Assembly (NCBI GenBank): GCA_964510885.1
Contig: CAZEDL010000004.1
Span: 3,182-67,181, forward strand
Origin: an uncultured Gammaproteobacteria bacterium
GTDB lineage: Bacteria > Patescibacteriota > Patescibacteriia > Magasanikbacterales > GWA2-37-8
Reading direction: 5' to 3'
Length of the DNA: 64,000 nucleotides
Translations under genes and position numbers: made by a program
Notes under the pieces: model-generated
Told to the model about the DNA's origin: nothing
Database searches by the model: none
Seen by the model: only the letters and a program-made list of their open reading frames with translations
In this document: positions 57,780 through 64,000 of the stretch, in pieces
Position numbering within the stretch: position 1 is the first letter of the stretch
How the letters are laid out: each line of letters opens with the position of its first letter

Positions 57780-58586
57780 ATGGACTTCTCTCCAAAAAAA
57801 ACCCAAATCATGGGGGTGCTCAACGTCACCCCCGATTCTTTTTTTGATGGCGGACAGTGGCACGGTGATCTCGATCGAACCCTCGCCCATGCTGAAGAAT
57901 TGATTGCCGCTGGCGCCGATTACCTAGATATCGGCGGCGAAAGCTCACGCCCCGGCGCCACTCCAGTCCCGGAAGACGAAGAATTACAGCGCGTAATTCC
58001 GCTTATTGAGAAGCTCAGGGCCATATCGCACGTTCCTATTTCTATCGACACCTATAAACCAAGGGTGGCCAAAGCCGCATTGGCGGCAGGAGCTAGCATC
58101 ATCAACGACATCACTGGCCTCACCGATCCAGCCATGCGCAAAGTAGCTGCTGAATATAACGCCCCGGTGATTATCATGCACATGCTCGGTCGCCCGCAAA
58201 CCATGCAACAAAACCCTACCTATACCGATGTCGTGGCCGACATCTCGCACTTCTTTACTACCCAAATTAAACTGGCTACAGTCGCCGGCATTACCAACAT
58301 TATCCTCGATCCCGGGCTCGGCTTTGGCAAAACCCTTGAGCACAACCTAACGATTATAAAACGCCTGCACGAATTCACCGCTCTTGGCTATCCTGTTCTC
58401 ATTGGCCCCTCACGTAAATCATTCATTGGCACAGTAACTGGCAACCTCCCACCGGCAGAGCGTCTTGAAGGCACCATCGCCGCTGCGGTTATGAGCGCAT
58501 TAAACGGCGCTAATATTATTAGGGTCCATGATGTAAAAGAATGCAAACGAGCACTGCAGGTTGCGGATGCGGTAAAAAATTATTAA
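57780..58586 (+). CDS. folP: dihydropteroate synthase
   Basis: IMGVLNVTPDSFFDGG ... DIGGESSRPGA ... DPGLGFGK. Confidence 0.9.
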   Translation: MDFSPKKTQIMGVLNVTPDSFFDGGQWHGDLDRTLAHAEELIAAGADYLDIGGESSRPGATPVPEDEELQRVIPLIEKLRAISHVPISIDTYKPRVAKAALAAGASIINDITGLTDPAMRKVAAEYNAPVIIMHMLGRPQTMQQNPTYTDVVADISHFFTTQIKLATVAGITNIILDPGLGFGKTLEHNLTIIKRLHEFTALGYPVLIGPSRKSFIGTVTGNLPPAERLEGTIAAAVMSALNGANIIRVHDVKECKRALQVADAVKNY

Positions 58587-58590
58587 TACC

Positions 58591-58686
58591 TGCCATCCTG
58601 AACGAAGGCTCACGCGGCAGTGAAGGACCCCCTGGTATTAACCTTACTCTTGCTACGAGGGGGGTCCCTCGTATCTCGGGATGACA
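58591..58686. repeat. MITE-like palindromic element (TGCCATCCTGAACGAAGG...CGGGATGACA)
   Basis: Imperfect TIRs, central GGACCCCCTGG...GGGGGGTCC. It occupies the folP-folB spacer and creates a spurious N-terminal extension on the folB ORF. Confidence 0.7.
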
Positions 58687-58694
58687 AAAAACCT

Positions 58695-59048
58695 ATGGAC
58701 AAAATAATTCTCTCTGACTGTCACTTTCTCGCCTGCATTGGCGTCACCACCGCAGAACGGGGAGCCCCCCAACCAATCAGCATCGATCTCGAACTGAATT
58801 TCGACACCCGCCTCGCTGGCCAGTCTGATTCATTATCTGATACTATCAACTATAGTGCTATTCATAGCACACTGCAGGCATATATCACCTCTCATTCATT
58901 TCAACTGATCGAGGCGCTGGCCGAACATCTAGCGACAGAGGTGATTGCCAGCTTCCCTATCAAACAACTAACACTGCGCCTCAAAAAACCCGGCGCACTG
59001 AATAAAAAAGGCGGCGCCTACGCGGCCGTCGAAATCACTCGTCCTTAA
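58695..59048 (+). CDS. folB: dihydroneopterin aldolase
   Basis: MDKIILSDCHFLACIGVTTAERGAPQPISIDLEL. T-fold of about 118 aa. Confidence 0.75.
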   Translation: MDKIILSDCHFLACIGVTTAERGAPQPISIDLELNFDTRLAGQSDSLSDTINYSAIHSTLQAYITSHSFQLIEALAEHLATEVIASFPIKQLTLRLKKPGALNKKGGAYAAVEITRP

Positions 59049-59062
59049 TAGTTACCTTACGT

Positions 59063-60157
59063 ATGAAAAAAACCCTCCTCGCACTCAGCGCACTTTTGAT
59101 TTTAACCGGGCAAGGCTGCACTCTGTCCGGCATCGATTCTGCCAGCAGCACACCCGTTGGATCTGTCGCACCAGCCAGTGAACCAGATCAACATGTCGAC
59201 CTATCGCGGCTCGATGGTAGCAACGGCCTGTTCCGTTTTTTTGCCACACTGCCAGCAGGATGGCATGCCGAATATTCAAGTGACGCAAAAGCTCTGTTGA
59301 TTTACGATCATATAAATCCGCAGGCAAAGTACACTCAAGATGAAGCGATTATTTTTATTAACACCTTCACAGCCAAATCATTTCTTACTCTAACCACTGT
59401 CGACATTACCAAACGCTCCCCCACCACCATTGCTGGGCGTAGCGCCATGATCTACGAAATTACCAAAAAATCTACGGCGCCTGCATTCGCCAATCAGCCA
59501 GCCTGGCGAAATGAAAAACATGAAGTTACCGATATTCGCTTTACCAAAAACAATCCCAGTATTTTTTACGTCATTGCCCGCAATCCGAAATTATCCGTCG
59601 ACACCTTTGGCACTATTCTAAACTCATTGCAATTTCATAATGACCCAGCTACCTTTGTGCCCCCACTGCCAGATGCCAAAGCCCGCCTCACCAAAAAACC
59701 GTTCGGCATCCTGATCAATAAACAAACCTCTCCTGTCGTGCCCGAACGATTCTCCGGCTACCACACCGCTGTTGATTTTGAAATCCTTGATAAACACGAA
59801 TTTGTGACTCGTATACCAGTCGCTGCAGTGTGCGGCGGGCCAGTAAAAAAGAAAGAAGCGAAAGCCGGATACGGTGGCGTATTGATACAAGAATGCATGA
59901 TCAATGATCAACCTATCACAGTAATCTACGGCCATTTATCCTGGTCAAAAACCAAAGTGAAAGCCGGCGACTACCTCTCGCCCGGCGAAGAATTCACAAC
60001 CCTTGGCGAATCACCCAAAGAAACCGACAGCGAACGCAAGCATCTACACCTCGGCTTCCATAAAGGCACGGCGATTGAATACCGGGGATATGTAGCGACG
60101 AAGTCTGCTCTGTCTGCTTGGCTTGATCCGTGCGCGTATAACGTCTGCGGACAATAA
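59063..60157 (+). CDS. M23-family metallopeptidase lipoprotein
   Basis: Lipobox LTGQGC. C-terminal HTAVDF ... YGHLS ... HLHLGFH as in LytM-type M23 peptidases. Confidence 0.75.
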   Translation: MKKTLLALSALLILTGQGCTLSGIDSASSTPVGSVAPASEPDQHVDLSRLDGSNGLFRFFATLPAGWHAEYSSDAKALLIYDHINPQAKYTQDEAIIFINTFTAKSFLTLTTVDITKRSPTTIAGRSAMIYEITKKSTAPAFANQPAWRNEKHEVTDIRFTKNNPSIFYVIARNPKLSVDTFGTILNSLQFHNDPATFVPPLPDAKARLTKKPFGILINKQTSPVVPERFSGYHTAVDFEILDKHEFVTRIPVAAVCGGPVKKKEAKAGYGGVLIQECMINDQPITVIYGHLSWSKTKVKAGDYLSPGEEFTTLGESPKETDSERKHLHLGFHKGTAIEYRGYVATKSALSAWLDPCAYNVCGQ

Positions 60158-60191
60158 ACAGCGTCATGCCAAAACTGCTCAAACACCGCCT

Positions 60192-60689
60192 ATGACCGCA
60201 CCGTCAACTCACACCGCCTACCTCGGCCTTGGCTCCAATCTCGGAGATCGGGCTAGCTATATTAATCAAGCAAAACAGGCGTTAACCGGCCTCGGGCAGC
60301 TCGTAGCTGAATCATCGCTCTACGAAACTGCTCCGCAAGGCTGGGTTAACCAACCTGCTTTTCTCAACTGCGCAGTAGCTCTCGCCACTGACCTATCTCC
60401 GCGCGACCTGCTCGCTGCTGCTCTCACTATCGAAAACCAGCTGGGCCGCGTGCGCACCATGCTGCTCGGGCCACGCATCATCGATATTGATATTTTATTA
60501 TATGACGACCTGGTCGTGTCTGAAAAAAACCTGACCATCCCCCACCCTAGCCTGCATAAGCGGGCCTTTGCGCTGATCCCGCTATTAGAAATTGACCCTG
60601 ACATATCTCACCCGGTGCTGCAGCGGAAAATGTCCGAACTACTCAGGTCTCTGCCCGACCAATCTGTTACCAAACTGACCTCGCACTAA
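60192..60689 (+). CDS. folK: 2-amino-4-hydroxy-6-hydroxymethyldihydropteridine pyrophosphokinase
   Basis: AYLGLGSNLGDR ... LYETAPQGW ... GPRIIDIDILLYDD. Confidence 0.85.
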   Translation: MTAPSTHTAYLGLGSNLGDRASYINQAKQALTGLGQLVAESSLYETAPQGWVNQPAFLNCAVALATDLSPRDLLAAALTIENQLGRVRTMLLGPRIIDIDILLYDDLVVSEKNLTIPHPSLHKRAFALIPLLEIDPDISHPVLQRKMSELLRSLPDQSVTKLTSH

Positions 60690-60690
60690 T

Positions 60691-61446
60691 ATGACCAAAC
60701 CCTCCACCTCTTGGGGCCCCGTCGCCGACTGGTATGACAGTCTGCTCTCCGCGCCCGGCACCTACCAGCAAGATGTAATCCTGCCGAATTTGCTACGCCT
60801 GCTCGACCCAAAAAAATCAGACACCCTGCTCGACATCGGCTGTGGACAAGGCTTCTTTGCCAAACACTTCAGCGCTCGCGGAGCCGCTGTCACCGGGCTT
60901 GATATCTCACCCGAACTAATTGCCATTGCCGAAAAAGCAGCTCCGGATGCCGGCTTTTTTGTTGGTTCGGCCGAAAACCTGTCGACCATTAAAGACAAAT
61001 CCATTACTAGCGCCTATAGTATCCTGGCCATTCAGAATATCAAAAACACCGGCGCCGTATTCGCCGAATGCGCTCGCGTTCTGAAAGCCAATGGCCGCTT
61101 AGCACTGGTGCTCAATCATCCCGCGTTCCGGATTCCCAAACAGAGTGCCTGGGGCTGGGATGACACGACTAAAACCCAATATCGACGGGTGGACAGCTAC
61201 TTATCCGAAATCAGTGTACCAATTGACATGCATCCCGGTAAAAAAGATTCAGTCGCTACCATCTCATTCCATCGCCCCCTGCAATATTATTTCAAATTAC
61301 TTGCCAATAATGGCTTTGTAATTACTCGCCTTGAAGAATGGATATCGCACAAAAAGAACGGCCCAGGGCCCCGCGCAGCGGCTGAAAATAAAGCCCGCCA
61401 CGAATTCCCGCTATTTTTATACCTTGAAGCTAAAAAATCTACATAA
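60691..61446 (+). CDS. class I SAM-dependent methyltransferase
   Basis: Motif I LLDIGCGQGFFAKHFSARGAAVTGLDIS. Confidence 0.75.
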   Translation: MTKPSTSWGPVADWYDSLLSAPGTYQQDVILPNLLRLLDPKKSDTLLDIGCGQGFFAKHFSARGAAVTGLDISPELIAIAEKAAPDAGFFVGSAENLSTIKDKSITSAYSILAIQNIKNTGAVFAECARVLKANGRLALVLNHPAFRIPKQSAWGWDDTTKTQYRRVDSYLSEISVPIDMHPGKKDSVATISFHRPLQYYFKLLANNGFVITRLEEWISHKKNGPGPRAAAENKARHEFPLFLYLEAKKST

Positions 61447-61455
61447 TAATGCAGC

Positions 61456-62220
61456 ATGCCAGACGCTTCACTCCAAAACATATTCGATTCGCTCTCCCAC
61501 CTCGAACACTCACAAATCTTTTGCGGCGCTACCAACCACACCGCTACCTGTAGCGACGAGCGGATTGTCATTGGTTCAATCCATATCCCTGGAGCCGGGA
61601 TATTAACTCGCGACCCGGTGGCCACGGCGCGCCTGCTAAAAAATATCGGCATCACCGAATTAACCTCTCACGAAAACTGCGGCGCCGCGGCGGCTGCCCA
61701 CACCGCTATCACCTTTGAATTAAAAACCAGCCCAGACCTCCAACCACCAGCATGGTTTGTGGCGAGCAGTAGCGAAGAAACGGCGCGACAATTTGTAGCC
61801 AAAACGGTCGAATCCTTAAAAACCATAGGTGTGCCAGCAGTAGAGCACCATCTGACCTTCGACAACGGCGGCATGGTTGGCGACTGCACTGTTCACCATG
61901 CTACCGTCATTTACTACGACATCGCTGGCCGCGGCTTTAACCAATACGCGGCCCCTGGCAAACTGCCACTCGGATTTGTAATCACCGCCATACCAAACGA
62001 AGAAACAACCAACCTCGGGAATATCGAGGCCGTCGTTGGCATTGCCTTCGGCAAAAACGGGAAGCCCAAATTCTACCAGCACACTCCGCTCAAAATCGCC
62101 CTCCTCACCACCGAACAAAACACACCAGACATCCTCCCCAAAATTAACCACGCCCTAGCTGCCAAATTCCCCAAACAAATCAAACAAATTACCGTAGAAA
62201 CAGTTCAAATCCACTTCTAA
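61456..62220 (+). CDS. hypothetical protein in folate cluster (possible divergent FolE/T-fold-like)
   Basis: 254 aa. VEHHLTFDNGGMVGDCTVHHATVIYYD resembles the GTP cyclohydrolase I CEHHLVPF...HVAYIP region, but the first Cys is absent. Confidence 0.4.
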   Translation: MPDASLQNIFDSLSHLEHSQIFCGATNHTATCSDERIVIGSIHIPGAGILTRDPVATARLLKNIGITELTSHENCGAAAAAHTAITFELKTSPDLQPPAWFVASSSEETARQFVAKTVESLKTIGVPAVEHHLTFDNGGMVGDCTVHHATVIYYDIAGRGFNQYAAPGKLPLGFVITAIPNEETTNLGNIEAVVGIAFGKNGKPKFYQHTPLKIALLTTEQNTPDILPKINHALAAKFPKQIKQITVETVQIHF

Positions 62221-62284
62221 TTTCCAATCTCTAACACATAATCGCTTCACTCAACATCACACCCCGAACCATTGCGCAGCGATT

Positions 62285-62432
62285 GCCACTCGACACGGTA
62301 AGGAGAAGCGGTCCAGAGGACGGGCCCTGCTGTTTGAGGAGCTCCGCCGGAGGCGGAGTGACGAGTTCAGGGCCCGAGCTTCGACGCGCCGATGTGAGTG
62401 GCAGAAGCGGAGCACCGGTTCGGTGGTTTTTT
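62285..62432 (+). ncRNA. candidate structured small RNA ending in an intrinsic terminator (identity unknown)
   Basis: Nested helices GCCACTC/GAGTGGC, GGGCCCTG/CAGGGCCC and CTCCGCC-GGA-GGCGGAG, then CACCG-GTT-CGGTG-G-TTTTTT. GC-rich, in a convergent intergenic region. Confidence 0.35.
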
Positions 62433-62491
62433 GGTCACTTTTTTGCCACCAAAAAAGTGACACACTCAACCGCTCACAAAAAACACAAACA

Positions 62492-62519
62492 AAAAACGTA
62501 CACCATAGTGTACGTTTTT
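62492..62519. terminator. bidirectional intrinsic terminator
   Basis: AAAAACGTACAC-CATA-GTGTACGTTTTT. Confidence 0.65.
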
Positions 62520-62534
62520 AAAATTTTCTAAATA

Positions 62535-63248
62535 CTACTGCTTCTCTTCCACCACAACACTTTTAATCTTCATCGGCTGCACCGGCCGCGAGCCCTCCCC
62601 ACCCGGCTGCGTTGGTGCCTCAACTATTTTATCCACTGCTTCCATACCACTAAGTACGTGCCCAAAAATCACATAATTCGGCGGCAACGGATAATCCGCA
62701 TGCATAATAAAGAATTGGCTGCCATTGGTATTCGGGCCGGCATTCGCCATCGCCACCGTACCGCGCGTATACTGGCCGGTAAACGGTTCATCATCGAAAC
62801 GATACCCCGGGCCGCCACCTCCGGTGCCGGTCGGATCCCCACCCTGAATCATAAAGCCCGGAATAGTACGGTGGAAAATCGTGCCGTCATAAAATTTCTG
62901 CTTCGCTAAATTCACAAAATTCGCACTGGTCTTTGGGGTTTGCTGTGACAAGGCAATCACAATATCTCCAGCTTCAGTCTGAAGCGTTACCATAGTTTCC
63001 ATGTCTGGGGTAGCCATACGTTTATCTGAATTAGAATTAATCGGGGTGTTTGGTTCATTTGCCACAGTATCTTCGGGCTCCGCCGCGGTTGTGGCCGACC
63101 CAACAGAATCATATGGCATAGTATCGACAGATGTATATGCGTCCACCGGCACACCACTCTGAGCACCATCCCCACACCCAGGGAGGAGTACTATACTGAG
63201 TAAGACTAAAAAATTCAAGCCTAGTCCTAATGTTTTACTTTGTTTCAT
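62535..63248 (-). CDS. cyclophilin-type peptidyl-prolyl cis-trans isomerase lipoprotein
   Basis: Lipobox LLPGC. FHRTIPGFMIQGGDPTGTGGGGPGY ... GSQFFIM. Confidence 0.85.
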   Translation of the reverse strand: MKQSKTLGLGLNFLVLLSIVLLPGCGDGAQSGVPVDAYTSVDTMPYDSVGSATTAAEPEDTVANEPNTPINSNSDKRMATPDMETMVTLQTEAGDIVIALSQQTPKTSANFVNLAKQKFYDGTIFHRTIPGFMIQGGDPTGTGGGGPGYRFDDEPFTGQYTRGTVAMANAGPNTNGSQFFIMHADYPLPPNYVIFGHVLSGMEAVDKIVEAPTQPGGEGSRPVQPMKIKSVVVEEKQ

Positions 63249-63265
63249 ACACTAAATTATTTATC

Positions 63266-63369
63266 ATGACTTACGCGCCATGACTTTTCCCTGAACGGGT
63301 TCGGCCAATAAATGGCCGCCCTGAGGCCTCGCGGGCGAGGAGAGTGAAGGGAAATGTCATGGCGCGTAA
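63266..63369. repeat. MITE-like palindromic element with 26-bp TIRs (TTACGCGCCATGACTTTTCCCT)
   Basis: TTACGCGCCATGACTTTTCCCTGAACGGG...GTGAAGGGAAATGTCATGGCGCGTAA. Shares the CCTGAACG/GTGAAGG core with the 55486 and 58591 copies. Confidence 0.75.
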
Positions 63370-63372
63370 ACC

Positions 63373-63987
63373 CTATTTATAAGCAAGACACGCTATAATT
63401 CCGGCCAGAATAATCAACGCCGCCCCAAAGAAAAATCCGCCCTTACGGAATTTTTTCTCAGCCGAAATTTTAATAAACCAGAATAATTGCCCGCCGAGCG
63501 CCAAGGCGACGATCGCGATCAAGAGCCAGCCTTCCGGATTTTTGAGCGCACTCGGATTGACCAGTGAAAAATGAAAGATTGAACTAAGATACGCCACATA
63601 CACCACGCGATGTAATCGTTTCCACCAAGTGGGAGTCAGCTTATCAACCGCCCAATCGGTAGAACTAAACGCCATCACCATAAACAGCGGCAGAGCGATC
63701 ACTCCAAATATCACCGGATTTTGTAGTGGGTTAAATGAATAGAACACCGCGCTGGTTTGCCACTGGAATAAATACTTCAGCACCGTAAATACATGCAGCG
63801 AAATCAGAATAAAACCAGACACGCCCATATAGCGGCGTAGTCGCCAATAGTCAGCGGTCCGCGGCCACCACCGAAATATGGCGCTCATTAACAAAGCCAA
63901 GCTAAATAACATTTCACCGGCAAAGGCAAAACTAAGCACCAGCGAGGTGCCAAGATCACCCCGGTTAAGGTGGTAGTAATTATACAA
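63373..63987 (-). CDS. ferric-reductase-like transmembrane haem-binding protein (MsrQ/YedZ-like)
   Basis: Six TM helices with conserved His pairs (HVFTVLKY, HRVVYVAYLSSIFH). Confidence 0.5.
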   Translation of the reverse strand: MYNYYHLNRGDLGTSLVLSFAFAGEMLFSLALLMSAIFRWWPRTADYWRLRRYMGVSGFILISLHVFTVLKYLFQWQTSAVFYSFNPLQNPVIFGVIALPLFMVMAFSSTDWAVDKLTPTWWKRLHRVVYVAYLSSIFHFSLVNPSALKNPEGWLLIAIVALALGGQLFWFIKISAEKKFRKGGFFFGAALIILAGIIACLAYK

Positions 63988-64000
63988 AAAGTGAAGCAGC

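Noticed and set aside
60123-60191. Longer N-terminal extensions called by the ORF finder for folK (from 60123), folB (from 58620), galU, SpoIID and several pilin genes.
   Set aside because: The extensions overlap upstream genes or repeat elements and lack family-typical N-termini. Internal Met starts give canonical protein lengths.
62285-62410. Tried to identify the GC-rich structured segment as SRP RNA (4.5S), 6S RNA, tmRNA or RNase P RNA.
   Set aside because: I could not find the SRP domain-IV GGAAGCAGCC/AGGUCAGG pair, the RNase P P4 AGGAAAGTCCGGGC motif, or the tmRNA tRNA-like ends. It is kept only as an unclassified candidate sRNA.
39766-63369. Considered whether the recurring GTCATTCC palindromes are a CRISPR array.
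   Set aside because: Copies are kilobases apart, of unequal length, in both orientations and internally palindromic, with no regular repeat-spacer periodicity. This is a dispersed MITE/REP-like family, not CRISPR.

Overview
This 64-kb window is dense with housekeeping genes on both strands and comes from a bacterium with moderate GC. It resembles a small-genome Patescibacteria/CPR-type organism, which I infer mainly from a tandem array of TrbC/VirB2-like small membrane proteins and many short secreted or lipoproteins. It contains 9 tRNA genes and about 69 protein-coding genes. I recognised pnp, rpsO, ruvB, ribH, pdxS/pdxT, nrdA/nrdB, uppS, uppP, ahcY next to a PfkB (adenosine-kinase-like) gene, prs, galU, and a folate-biosynthesis cluster.

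Four features stood out. The first three are seen directly in the sequence.
1. A conserved, GC-rich, hairpin-containing element of about 90-125 nt occurs three times. Each copy lies immediately 3' of a tRNA gene (His, Phe, Ala). Each begins with a short segment complementary to that tRNA's own T-loop and is followed by a direct duplicate of the tRNA's 3' end (14-34 nt). This looks like a tRNA-targeting mini-element or a tRNA-linked structured RNA.
2. Nine tandem paralogs, plus one nearby, of TrbC/VirB2 (T4SS-pilin-like) genes carry variable cysteine-rich N- or C-terminal extensions.
3. A family of at least 10 intergenic palindromic, MITE-like repeats has termini TGTCATYC...GRATGACA. Related GTCATTCG repeats flank galU.
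4. The folate cluster includes a CADD/PqqC-like putative pABA synthase and an unknown 254-aa protein that may be a cryptic FolE-like enzyme.

I also note a truncated Clp ATPase with only its first AAA domain (D1), an MFS transporter reduced to its N-terminal half, a possible small structured RNA with its own terminator at about 62.3 kb, and several visibly GC-rich patches that may be horizontally acquired. I did not see a CRISPR array, rRNA, or an obvious prophage.
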